Shown: piece by piece, positions 23,019-33,000 of the stretch
How positions within the stretch are numbered: the stretch's first letter is position 1
Layout of the letters: every line of letters starts with the position of its first letter
From: an uncultured Planctomycetota bacterium
GTDB lineage: Bacteria; Planctomycetota; Planctomycetia; Isosphaerales; Isosphaeraceae
Reading direction: 5' to 3'
DNA length: 64,000 bases
NCBI GenBank assembly: GCA_963737655.1
Contig: CAVTTN010000002.1
Location: 5,664,001 to 5,728,000 of the forward strand
Made by a program: the position numbers and the translations under genes
Notes under the pieces: model-generated
Told to the model about the DNA's origin: nothing
The model's input: only the letters and a program-made list of their open reading frames with translations
Database searches by the model: none

Positions 23019-23256
23019 GGGTGGCATGCTTACGTCCGTGTCACGCGACACGAAGTTATACCCCCTGAATTGTTCGACAATTTCAAGGGCCTTCGGACGC
23101 AACCGACGATTTTTCAAGCGTTTATACAAAGAAACGCCTGAAAATACAATCGCGGCGCGGGGGTATAACTTCGTGTCGCGTGACATCCGCGTGAGCATGT
23201 CTTCGGCGTCACCGAGGAATCTCGGGCATGCTTACGCGGACGTAAGCATGCCACCC
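23019..23256. repeat. GGGTGGCATG-type REP doublet; left unit interrupted by a MITE
   Basis: GGGTGGCATGCTTACGTCCG|CGTGAGCATG ... CATGCTTACGCGGACGTAAGCATGCCACCC; intact copy at 29907-29991. Confidence 0.85.
23039..23185. mobile_element. 147-bp MITE with 27-bp perfect TIRs (TGT...ACA) and a 4-bp TCCG target duplication
   Basis: TGTCACGCGACACGAAGTTATACCCCC (23039-23065) and its reverse complement (23159-23185); TCCG at 23035-38 and 23186-89; AT-richer interior. Confidence 0.88.
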
Positions 23257-23325
23257 AAACGGCGCTCCCCTTGCTCGGCCTGGTGGCCGGGGGCTTCATC
23301 TTCCGCCGCCGAGCCGCCCGCGAGG

Positions 23326-23532
23326 TCACGGCCTCGGACGAGACAGGGCGCGGGACTCGTACCGGATGAGCTCTTCTTTCATCTCGTTGATGAGCCTCCG
23401 GAGCGAGCGGAGGGTCAGCCTTCGGGCCTCGGTCATCGGGCCTGGCTTTTCGGCGTTGAGCCGGTATCGCTCTTCGAGGAGCCGGAGCTTCTCGCGGGTG
23501 TTCTCGGCCTGTTGATGGTTTTCCAGGGTCAT
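23326..23532 (-). CDS. small helical protein, putative partner of the DUF6932 protein
   Basis: 68 aa, ATGA overlap with the upstream gene, TxEKL..LE...SL..LIN.MKEEL.RYE. Confidence 0.65.
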   Translation of the reverse strand: MTLENHQQAENTREKLRLLEERYRLNAEKPGPMTEARRLTLRSLRRLINEMKEELIRYESRALSRPRP

Positions 23533-23930
23533 AGGATCACCTCGACCACGCCTTTGGGGACGTCCTGGCGGTCGGTGGCGAAGATGCGTTCGATGAGGAA
23601 CATGAAGTCATCTTCCTCCAGTCGTTCGACCTGAAGGAACGGCAAGCCGTCTTCGAATTCTCGCTCAAGGTCGGGATCGGACGCGTAATCCGAGGGGATC
23701 AACAGGGCGCAATCCACGTCGTTGGGCTCGGGCGTCTCGGTGGTGAAGCTGCCGTTGATGACCAGCCTCATCGCTCCGGCCCGCCTGGCCAGGTCCACGA
23801 GCCAATCCAGCGACTCGGACTGGACGCGGCGCAGCTCCGTCTCGCGGCCGAATCGTTCCTTCACCTCAACGAGGGTGGCGCGGTGGATTCCGGGCGGCAG
23901 ATAGCCCCGCTCGTCGAACGGCGGAATCAT
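23529..23930 (-). CDS. DUF6932 family protein (Pol-beta nucleotidyltransferase-like)
   Basis: MIPPFDERGYLPPGIH, GSFTT...PNDVD, KGVVEV. Confidence 0.78.
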   Translation of the reverse strand: MIPPFDERGYLPPGIHRATLVEVKERFGRETELRRVQSESLDWLVDLARRAGAMRLVINGSFTTETPEPNDVDCALLIPSDYASDPDLEREFEDGLPFLQVERLEEDDFMFLIERIFATDRQDVPKGVVEVIL

Positions 23931-24474
23931 CGCGACGGGTCCGGCACCACACCGCTCCTTCGGACGACCTCTCGTCTCCCCAGTCTATCGTCATCCGGGC
24001 GAGGTCGCCAGCCTCGGGCCGACGCCTCGAGGGCCCGTCCTCAACGTTCGCGGAGAGGGTGCGTTTGGAGGAGGAGAGGGCGGGCCGCCGTCGCGGGCGG
24101 CCCGCCCCTGACTTGCTGAGGCGAGGGAGGATCAGGGCGGGTGGAGGACGTGCGCCTCGTCAGGGGCGGGACCGCTCGCGGTGCGGACTCTCGGTGCCAG
24201 TTCTCGGGGCTTCTCGCCGCTTGGGATCGCGGCGAGAGGCGCGGGCGGGGACCCCTCGTCCGGGTCGCGGCCCGCGGGCTGATCGTCATTCCCGAGACCG
24301 GTCGTCCCGATCCTCGTCTGGAGGGAGTCGCGACGGTCGGGCCGATCGATTCGGCCTCCCCCTGGCGACGTCCCCGCGGCCCCTCGTCCTGGCCGCGACC
24401 CCTCCGGGCCATTACGTTATCGGCGCGGCCGCGCGCGGGCTTGACCCCGGGCGCCTCCCTTGTTCAGATTGAAA

Positions 24475-25211
24475 TTACTGCGAGAGTAACGGGAGCACAT
24501 ACTTTCGCAAGAACGCCGGGCTGTCCGGCCCCACGTGGCCGCCGAGATAGCCCGTCGAGGCCATCTTCGGGGCCCATTTGACCTGCCTCAACTTGGCGTA
24601 CTGGGCCTCGCCCGAGGCGTCCAGCCCCGGCGGCCGGCGGAACCCCACCAGCCCGGCGCTCACGGCGTTCTTGCGATCGACCGTGCCGAAGATCCGGGTC
24701 CCCACGCCCAGGACGAACACGTCCAGGGGCGACCAGAACAGCACCATCTCGCGGCGGACGGCCTTCAAGGCGGGCGAGAGGTCATAATCGGGCGAGAGGG
24801 CCGAGGAGATCAGCACGGCCGCCTCGATCGACCCTTCGGGCAGGGCCTCCAGGGCCCGGACGACCATGCCGGTCCCTCCGGACTTGCCCACGAGGAAGAT
24901 CGGCGCCCCCGGCTTCTCCCGGCGGAATTCCTCGACCCTGGCGACGATCTCGGCGGCTCGCGTCCGGTGGTTCTCGACGTTGGTGAGGTCCCGGTGCCAC
25001 CGGCCGAAGCCGTGGCCCCAGCGGACGATCTCGATCCGGTGGGCCAGGCCGGTCTTGGCCGCCGCGTGGATCAGGCCGGTCCCGCAGAGGTCCAGGCCCC
25101 CCACGCCGTCGGCCACCAGGACCAGGCCCGACCGGGCGTCCTCGGGCGGGGGGGAGGCGTCCGGCCGTGGATCACCCGGAACGCTCGCTTCAGGAGGGTC
25201 GTGTAGATCAT
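24475..25211 (-). CDS. alpha/beta hydrolase; probable frameshift in the homopolymer run near 25150
   Basis: GKSGG nucleophile elbow, ALSPDYDL, GHVG. A plausible start MIYTTLLKR lies in a different frame. Confidence 0.7.
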
Positions 25212-25242
25212 CCCGCCATTGTACGGCCGGGACACCCGGCCG

Positions 25243-26892
25243 TCACCGATGACGCGCCCCGTCCAGCGCGAGGGTGGCGAGCGGATACCGGCCGATCGGC
25301 ACGACCAGGGCGATCCCCGCGGCGATCATCGACGGACTCGCCGGCAACAGATCGGGCGGGACGGTCAAGACGGTCAGGCCGATCAGGATCGTCGTGACGA
25401 GCGCGAACCCCACGACGGCCCTCGCCGCCGAGCCCGTTTCCAGCAAGTTCCGGCGGGTCGCCCGCCGGAAGGCCCAGGCCGTCACCCCGAGCTTGATCGC
25501 CAGGGTCGCGACGATCCCGCCCGGCAGCATCTTCAGGAAGATCGGCACGTGTTCCGGGTGGGTCTGGAACCAGAACCCCGCCCCCACGGCGGCCATCAGG
25601 AGGAAGAAGAAGCCGAGGACGCTGAGGTCCGCCAGGATCTTCCGCCCGGAGAGGCCCAGGACCAGGCCGTCGGTCATCTGCCGGAACGCCAGGACGATCG
25701 TGCCCAGGCCCCCGAGGACGACGATCCCCACCGCCCGGCCTCCCGGAGCCAGGCGGTTCAGGTCGCGGGCCATCCGGAGGAAATGGCCGCCGTAGCCGTC
25801 CAGCGAGAGGCCCACGAGCAGCCCTCCGACCAGGATCGCGAACCCCACGAGGACGCTCCGCAGGCTCGCCGAGAGCTTCGCCGCCACGAACGCGCCGGTC
25901 GGCACCGGCCGGGTCATCAGGAAGATTTCGCACCGCTCCTTCGGCTGCCAGAACGGCGCGAACTTCGGCAGGGCCGCCCCGGCCGACCCGGCGAGGAAGA
26001 CCAGGCCGCCCACCTGGCCGAGCGCGAACTTCCAGAAGAAATCGTACTCGATCAGACGCCCCACCAGCCCGAGCATGACGACCATCAGGGCCATCGTGAA
26101 CCCCGCGAACCCCGGCAAGAACGCGCCGTGGTTGTGGAACTCGAAGGCCCTTTGGGCCCGGGAGGCCGAGGCGAACGCGGCCCGGCCCCGGCGTCGGCCG
26201 ACGATCGCCGCCCGGAGCGCCTCGAGCCATCGAGGGAGGTCGCGGCCGTCCCCCCGGCGGTCCCTCGCCACCCCGAGAATCGCCACGACCGCCGCCGAGG
26301 CGAGGGACGCGGACCCCAGGCCGACCATCACCCAGGGGCCGGCCCGCCATCGAATGACCAGCCACAAGGCCAGGCCGACCTGCCCGAGCAGGACCACCAT
26401 CGCCACGAACACGTCCACGCCCGGGATCGGCATCGGCGTCCACGCGATCGCCTGGACCCACGCCATCATCACCGCCAGGGCGAGCATCGGCCACCACAAC
26501 GGCACGTCGAACCCGCACCTTCGGAAGACCAGCATCGCCAGGACCGCCCAGACGATCGCCAGGGACGCCCAGCCCGCCCCCATCGGCCAGAGCGCCAGGG
26601 ACGACGAGCGGACCGGCCTCGTCAGCATCCTCCGCGAATAGCCCGAGCTCATGTCGCCGAGAGGGCCGTCGGACATCAAGAAGATGCTCATCAGATAGGC
26701 GATCGCCTGGAACGACGAGAGCGAGACGATCACCGCCAGGTTCGGCCACGACAGCGGCCACCTCGCCACCGCCCAGCCGACGATCGGAGGGCTCGCGACG
26801 GCCAGGACCGCCACGACGATGGCCGTCGTGACCAGCCCCCCGCGATGCCTCCACCACAACAGACGTCCCATCGCCGTCCCGATCGCGATCAT
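25243..26892 (-). CDS. ABC-2 type permease-like integral membrane protein
   Basis: Many TMs, two 'TRPV' motifs, downstream of an ABC ATPase. Confidence 0.75.
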   Translation of the reverse strand: MIAIGTAMGRLLWWRHRGGLVTTAIVVAVLAVASPPIVGWAVARWPLSWPNLAVIVSLSSFQAIAYLMSIFLMSDGPLGDMSSGYSRRMLTRPVRSSSLALWPMGAGWASLAIVWAVLAMLVFRRCGFDVPLWWPMLALAVMMAWVQAIAWTPMPIPGVDVFVAMVVLLGQVGLALWLVIRWRAGPWVMVGLGSASLASAAVVAILGVARDRRGDGRDLPRWLEALRAAIVGRRRGRAAFASASRAQRAFEFHNHGAFLPGFAGFTMALMVVMLGLVGRLIEYDFFWKFALGQVGGLVFLAGSAGAALPKFAPFWQPKERCEIFLMTRPVPTGAFVAAKLSASLRSVLVGFAILVGGLLVGLSLDGYGGHFLRMARDLNRLAPGGRAVGIVVLGGLGTIVLAFRQMTDGLVLGLSGRKILADLSVLGFFFLLMAAVGAGFWFQTHPEHVPIFLKMLPGGIVATLAIKLGVTAWAFRRATRRNLLETGSAARAVVGFALVTTILIGLTVLTVPPDLLPASPSMIAAGIALVVPIGRYPLATLALDGARHR

Positions 26893-26976
26893 CGCCGATC
26901 CCCGTAAGTTGGGCGAAGCCCACCGTTGTGTAAAGCGGGTGAGGCCCGCCCTCCCCGTTCCAGGCCCGGCCTCGCC

Positions 26977-27900
26977 TCAAGACGCGACGGCGGCCCCCTC
27001 CCTCTTCCTCATCCCGACCCTCGCCACGAAGATCTCGTCGAGCGACGGCGACGCCTCCGCCACGACCTCCGCGCCCAGCCCCTCGATCTCGGCCTCCAGG
27101 ATGTCCAGGTCCCCCCGGCAGAGGGCCGTCCACTCGCGGCCCGAGCCCTCGCACGAGAGCATCGACGCCGACCTCGGCGGCTCGGACCTCGGCTCGTCGA
27201 ACCTCAGGACCATCCGATGATGGCCCGCCTGGACCTCGTCCAGCGGCCCCCTCAAAACGACCCGCCCCCGGTCCAGCATCGCCACGTGGTCGCTGACCCG
27301 CTCCACCTCGTCGAGCAGGTGCGACGAGAACAGCACGGTCCGACCCTCGTCGGCGATCGTCCGCAGGATCGCCCCGAGGATGTCGCGGCGGACGACCGGG
27401 TCCAGGCCCGTCGAGGGCTCGTCCAGCACCAGCAAATCGGGCCGGTACGCCAGGGCCAGCAGCAGGCCCGCCCGGGCCTTCTGGCCCTGCGAGAGCGACT
27501 TGACCCGGGCCTTCGGGTCGAGCTCGAACCGCTCGCGGATCTCCTCGGCGAACGCATCATCCCACGACGGATAGAAGCTCCGGGTGTAGCGGATCAGCTC
27601 GCCCACGGGCATCCAGCCGGGGAGGTCGCGGTCCTCCGACAGGTAACCGACCCGCGACAGGACGCCCACCGGCTCGGCCACCGGGTCCCGCCCGAACACG
27701 CGGACCGTGCCCGACCGCGCCCTCAACAGGCCGAGCAGGTGCTTGATGAACGTGGTCTTGCCCGCGCCGTTCTCGCCCACGAGGCCGAAGACCGACCCCC
27801 GGGGGATGGCCAGGTCGACCGAATCCAGGGCCAGGTTCCGGCCGAACCGGCGGGACAGCCCGGCGACCTCCACCACGTGGACGCTCGCGTCTACCGTCAT
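26977..27900 (-). CDS. ABC transporter ATP-binding protein (YtrB-like)
   Basis: GENGAGKTT, LSQGQ, LVLDEP, SSH. Confidence 0.95.
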   Translation of the reverse strand: MTVDASVHVVEVAGLSRRFGRNLALDSVDLAIPRGSVFGLVGENGAGKTTFIKHLLGLLRARSGTVRVFGRDPVAEPVGVLSRVGYLSEDRDLPGWMPVGELIRYTRSFYPSWDDAFAEEIRERFELDPKARVKSLSQGQKARAGLLLALAYRPDLLVLDEPSTGLDPVVRRDILGAILRTIADEGRTVLFSSHLLDEVERVSDHVAMLDRGRVVLRGPLDEVQAGHHRMVLRFDEPRSEPPRSASMLSCEGSGREWTALCRGDLDILEAEIEGLGAEVVAEASPSLDEIFVARVGMRKREGAAVAS

Positions 27901-27904
27901 GAGT

Positions 27905-28300
27905 TCATCCCTCCTCGCGGCCCTTCCTCATGGCCTCGTCCCTCTTGAGCAACAGCGAGACGACCTCCGGGGTCGCGACGCCCATCTGCCGGGCCTCGGC
28001 CAGGAGGGCGTCGATCCTCTGTCCGAGGATCTTCAGCCGCTCCTTCCTGGCCAGGGGGGACCCGGGCCCGGCGACGAACGTCCCGGCCGTCTTCCTCTTC
28101 TCGACCACGCCGGCCAGCTCCAGCTCGCGATACGCCCGGGCCACCGTGTTCGGGTTGATCGTCAGCCTCTCGGCCAGGACGCGGATCGGCGGCAATTCCT
28201 CGCCCGGCGAGAGCCGGCCCGTCGCCGCCAGGAGCTTCACCTGGCGGACGATCTGCGCGTAGATCGGCGTCCCGTCCCCCGCCGCGATGTGGATCTCCAC
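27905..28300 (-). CDS. GntR family regulator, YtrA subfamily
   Basis: PIYAQIVRQ...LPPIR.LA..L.INPNTVARAYRELE; short C-terminus; precedes ABC genes. Confidence 0.92.
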   Translation of the reverse strand: MEIHIAAGDGTPIYAQIVRQVKLLAATGRLSPGEELPPIRVLAERLTINPNTVARAYRELELAGVVEKRKTAGTFVAGPGSPLARKERLKILGQRIDALLAEARQMGVATPEVVSLLLKRDEAMRKGREEG

Positions 28301-28322
28301 CGAGCTCCCCCCGGCCGTCCGC

Positions 28323-28352
28323 CGTCTTGTACTAGGACAATAATACAAGACG
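28323..28352. promoter_or_regulatory. YtrA-type operator palindrome TGTACTA-N6-TAATACA
   Basis: cgtcttgtactaggacaataatacaagacg just upstream of the GntR gene; resembles the YtrA-subfamily TGTAnTA-N6-TAnTACA motif. Confidence 0.75.
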
Positions 28353-28378
28353 ACGCGGGGCCGTCAAGGGGTGACCCG

Positions 28379-28485
28379 GATTCACCACGGAGCCACGAAG
28401 AGCACGAAGGGAGACACAAAGAGAACGCTGAATTCCAGTTATCTTTGTGTCTTCCTTCGTGCTCTTCGTGGCTCCGTGGTGAATC
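28379..28485. repeat. TTCACCAC/CACGAAG long-palindrome element, copy A
   Basis: ~44-bp inverted arms; homologous copies at 48860, 58264 and 61194. Confidence 0.85.
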
Positions 28486-29159
28486 TCCCGGGGTTCTCGA
28501 CGGACTCCTCTCCACGCGACTCGATCCCGCGCCGATCGAGGGGAGCGGCAATAGATACCCGAAGTATTTCATACCATGACCTGATAATTCATCGATTTTA
28601 GCGAAGTTGACTACACTTTTGCGCCCAAAATCGCGAAAAGGGCATGAATTCTCGGGAATTCCGGCGCAACGAGCGTGACCACGGCACAAGACATCATTTC
28701 TGAACCCGTTTGCATTCACGCCGCAACCCGTTTTCCTTCCACGACCTGGGTCGCGCGTCAATTTTGCCCGAAACCCCCGGAATCCGCCCGGAAGGCGGGC
28801 GCTTCGGGCCCGCCCCGGATCGGCCCGACGGACTGTCACTCGGCGGCCGTCCCGCAAATGGGGCGATCGCCGGGCGGCCCTCCTCGCGATGATGAAGGAC
28901 GTGGCCGGGGCGCGATCCGTTCTCGGCAATCGTCTCCCCATGCCATCTCCCGAGTTCGGGAAACGGAACGTTCATGATCGCCCACGACTTCCAATCCGCC
29001 CGATCGACCCCTGAGGAAAATCCGTCGCGGCCGGCCCTCGCGAAATCCGGCCCGCCGCGAACCCCGGTGCCATAATGACATGACATGATCCGAGGGGCCC
29101 GCCGACGCGCCCCGGAATCGGATCGACCCGACCGGGGCCGCACCGTCTGAGGAATCTCC

Positions 29160-29867
29160 ATGAGGACGAAGACCCTGGCCCTCCGCGCTGCCATCCTCGG
29201 CGCCCTGATCGCCGTTTCGGCCGGGCAGTCCCGGGCCGAGGAGCGGTATTACACGATGATTTTCGGCTCGCAATCGAGCCCGAAGCTCTATCGCTACTCG
29301 CACACGTGGGCCACGTTCATCCGGGTCGTCGGCGAGGGGGACGACCCCCGGGGCTGGCAGGTCTACCAGCATACGATTAGCTGGTATCCGGCCTCTCTCC
29401 AGGTCCGAACCTGGTCGCCGACGCCCGAACCGGGGATCAACCTCGACCTCTACACGACCCTCGACATGGTGGCCAAACACGGCGAGAGCGTGACGATGTG
29501 GGGGCCGTTCGAGATGAAGCGGGAGATCTACGAGCGGTCGTTGCGAGTCAAGGCGGGCCTGGAGAGCGGGGCGGCCCAGTACCGGGCGATCAGCACGGCG
29601 AGGGACATGCTCGTCAGCGACTGCATCCACGCCGTGGCCGCGGTGGACCCCGTCTTCGGCCGCCGCCATTACCCGCTGATCCGGATCGGCAAGCCGGCGT
29701 CTCGCTACATCGCCCGCCAGGTCGTCACGCGGACCGTGTATGACCAGTACCAGGTCGAAGCCTCCTGGCTGGTCCCCCGGCTCGGCCTGGATCGCTACCC
29801 GATCGAGGTGATTGCTCCCCAGCAGATCCCCAAACGCGACTGCACGCTCTGCCGATGCCCGGACTGA
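29160..29867 (+). CDS. hypothetical secreted protein
   Basis: Signal peptide, IFGSQS.P...YSHTWATF, CIHAV; strong codon bias. Confidence 0.75.
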   Translation: MRTKTLALRAAILGALIAVSAGQSRAEERYYTMIFGSQSSPKLYRYSHTWATFIRVVGEGDDPRGWQVYQHTISWYPASLQVRTWSPTPEPGINLDLYTTLDMVAKHGESVTMWGPFEMKREIYERSLRVKAGLESGAAQYRAISTARDMLVSDCIHAVAAVDPVFGRRHYPLIRIGKPASRYIARQVVTRTVYDQYQVEASWLVPRLGLDRYPIEVIAPQQIPKRDCTLCRCPD

Positions 29868-29906
29868 TCGCGCGGGCCAGGGCCTGCCGGACCCCACGGA
29901 TCGGCC

Positions 29907-29991
29907 GGGTGGCATGCTTACGTCCGCGTAGGCATGGCTTCGATTGGGACCTGGCCGAAGCCATGCTTACGCGGACGTAAGCATGCCACCC
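29907..29991. repeat. GGGTGGCATG-type REP inverted doublet (uninterrupted)
   Basis: GGGTGGCATGCTTACGTCCGCGTAGGCATGGCTTCG...CGAAGCCATGCTTACGCGGACGTAAGCATGCCACCC, between convergent genes. Confidence 0.88.
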
Positions 29992-30010
29992 GACATTTTG
30001 TCCGGGATTC

Positions 30011-33000
30011 TTATCGGAGCCTTCGTCCCGCGGGGCCTTCGGTCGCGGCGTTGCCGGTCCGGATCGGTCCGGGGGGGCGCTCGGCGGCGAGGGCGGCGGC
30101 CTCGGCGTCCTCGATCTGCCGGGCCCAGTGGGAGCCGGCGAGCCGGGCGAAGTCGGCGTAGCGCTTCTCCCGGTAGGCGTGGAGCGCGGCCGTGAGGACG
30201 ACCTGGGCCCTGCGGGCCGGCTCGCTCGGCCCGTCCCCGGAGATCCCCACGTCGTCGATCCAGAGCGTGCCGGCGGCGAGCTTCTCGAACCGGAGCCGGG
30301 CGTGGTCGAGTCCTCCGAGAGGCAGCTCGGGGGCCTGGAGCCGGACCTCGGCCCATTCCAGGCCCGCGGAGCCGTCGGCATGCCGGGAGAACGGGGCCCC
30401 GGCGGCGTCGCCTTCGAGCCAGACCCGGATGGCCGAGTCGGGGCGGTCGGCCCGGAACCAGGCGTGGAGGGTCATCGTCCGGCCCCCCGGGGGGGCGAAC
30501 GGCAGGCTCGCGGCTCCGGCGGGCAGGGCCCGGGCGTCCAGCTTCAGGGCGGATCGGCCGGAGTGGGGGTTGTCCGCGTCGATCGCCAGCGAGTTCTGGG
30601 GGTCGCCCTCGGCCAGCCATCCCGGGGGGGCCGACGACGCCGGACGGGCCGGGCGGGTCTCGACCACCGGGACGATCCTCGGCCCCGGGGCGGCCTCGAA
30701 GCCGGGATTCAGGGGGCCGGAGCCCAGGGCCATCCCCCCCTTGGCGAGCCGGCCGAGCCGGGCGGAGAGCCGCTCGTACTGCGCCTCCAGGTCCCGGCCG
30801 GAGGGGAGGAACGGGCCGATCGGCTCGACCTGGGCCGTCGGCGAGCCGATCCTCACGGCCGCCACGCCGAACGGGGGCAATTCCAGGACCAGGGACCTCC
30901 CGCCATTGGGGGAGGCGGCCGGGTTGAGCCTCTGGCGGCGGCCCAGGTCGTCCACCGGGGCGTCGTTGGGGGCGAGGAGCGTGCTCTCCAGGAGGACGGT
31001 ATAGGGCGTGTCGTTGGCCATCGCCACATACGTCTTGCCGTTGCGGACCGCCGAGCGGACGGCCACCCCGGAATCGAGCCTCGGGGCGGGCGGGGCGGCG
31101 GCCGAGGGCAAAGCGCGGAAGACCCGGGCGAACCGGCTCAGGCGGTCTTCCTGGCCGGAGGCGGCCGAGCCGTCCACGACGACGAGGCGGGCGTCCAGGA
31201 CGGCCAGGGCGTGGCCGAAGAGCTCGTCGCCGCTCGGGCCCGAGGCGATCGGCCGGGCCGTCAGGCGGACCGCCCCCGGCGACCCGGGCGACCCGGGGCC
31301 GAGGAACGCCCCCCGGCCGGGCCGGGAGGCGACCGGGGCATCCAGGTCGTCGCTGGTGGCCAGGTCGTGGCCGAGGTCGTCGGTCGAGAGCGAGGCGCCT
31401 CGCAGGACGATCGGCCCCCCGGGCTCGACCGGCCAGCGGTCGAGGTCCAGGCCCACGGCCGTCCAGGCGTGGCGGGGGCTCAGGCCGGCCCGGTCGGCCT
31501 TCCTCGCCTCGATCCCGGCCGGGCCGTCGTCCAGGCCGGGGGTCACCACGCACAGGCTCGCCCCGGGCGAGGCCTGGCGGACGGCCGAGCCGAGATCGGC
31601 ATAGAGCTTGCCCACGGCGTCGGCCCGCCAATCCAGCCAGCCCTGGCGGCCGGGGCCGGTCACGAACCGCCACCGGGCCGCGAACCGCGAGGGGTCGGAG
31701 GCGTCCTGGCCGGGGATCTTCGCCGAATCGCCGGGAGGGAACGCCTCGCGGACGAACCGGGCGAACGTGGCGTCGTCCAGGCCGGCCTCGGGGCCTCCGG
31801 GCAGGGTCGCGCCGGGGCCGAGCCGGACGAGGAGGCCGGAGAGGTTGGGATGGGCACCCCTCGGGCCGATCGCGGCGACGAGCCGGGCCTTGATCGCCTC
31901 GCGGACCTCGCCCCTCAGCGGCTGATAGGCCGGCCCGTCGGCCCGGCCGGAGCGGTCCTGGCGGACGAGCCCCCGGGCCAGCGCCTCGGGCGATTCGGGC
32001 GCCGGGAGGCCGGCGAGGGGGCCGTCGAGCCGGGTCTCGAGGAAGGCGGAGATCCCCGATCGGGCGAGGAGGCGGAGGGCCAGGTCGAGGCGGTCGGGCC
32101 CGGTCGAATCCTCGTGGGCCTGGCCCTCCAGGGCGGACCTCCGCTCGCGGTCGGCCAGGTCCTCGGGCAGGACGACGGCGGTGGCCCCGCAGTGGGCGAG
32201 GTAGACGGCCAGGTTCCTCGACCGGGCGAACGAGTCGTCGGGCCCTCCGGAAACGGCCCCCCCGAAGCGGTCCAGGGCGCCCGGGGCGGCCAGATGAAGG
32301 GTCAGGGCCCGGGAGGCGTCGGGGTGGGTGTCGCTCGGGGCGGAGGGGGCGGGGTCGGCGGCCGTCTCGCGGAGCTCGATCGTCCCGAGCTTCACGGCCC
32401 CTTTCTCCGAGCGATTGACCAGGACGACGACCACCTCCCCCGAGTCCGGCCACACGGGCCAGGAGAACGCCAGGGGCGCCGCCCCCTCGGCCACGGCCGG
32501 GCCCGAGGCGGAGGCGTCCAGGAGGGTCCGGGCCCGATCGCCCCCGGAGGCCGGGACGACCAGGGCGACGGCCAGGTCGCCGGGCGAGCCCGAGGCCACC
32601 GAGACGCTCAAGCGATGGGGGCGGCCGGGGTGTTCCACCTTCATCGGCAGGGCCGACCAGGCCAGGCCCGAGGCGTCGGCCGGGCCGAGCGTGCCGGCCT
32701 CGGTCGCCGCCCGGGTCATCCAGCCTCGGAGCAATCCCGGCCGGGGCGCCTCGATCTCCTGGGGGACGATCCACGGAGACGCCGGGCCGCCCATCGCCGG
32801 GGTCCGGCCTCCGGCCAGGGGGCGGAAGGCGCGCGACCTGGACAAATCCACCGAATCGGCCACCGAGTCGGCCCCCTTCGGGGTCGTCGGCAACGGCCCC
32901 TTGGGCCCGACCACGGCCAGGGATACTTTCCGCGAGGCCGAGCTGGGCAACGGGTTACGTCGCCTCTTGAGCAATCGCGCCAGCCGAGATCCCTCGGTGC

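Noticed and set aside
23159..23185. loxP-like ATAACTTCGT in the MITE TIRs
   Set aside because: Only 10 of 13 bp match, the arms face outward without an 8-bp spacer, and no recombinase is present. TG..CA ends with a target duplication indicate a DDE-type element.
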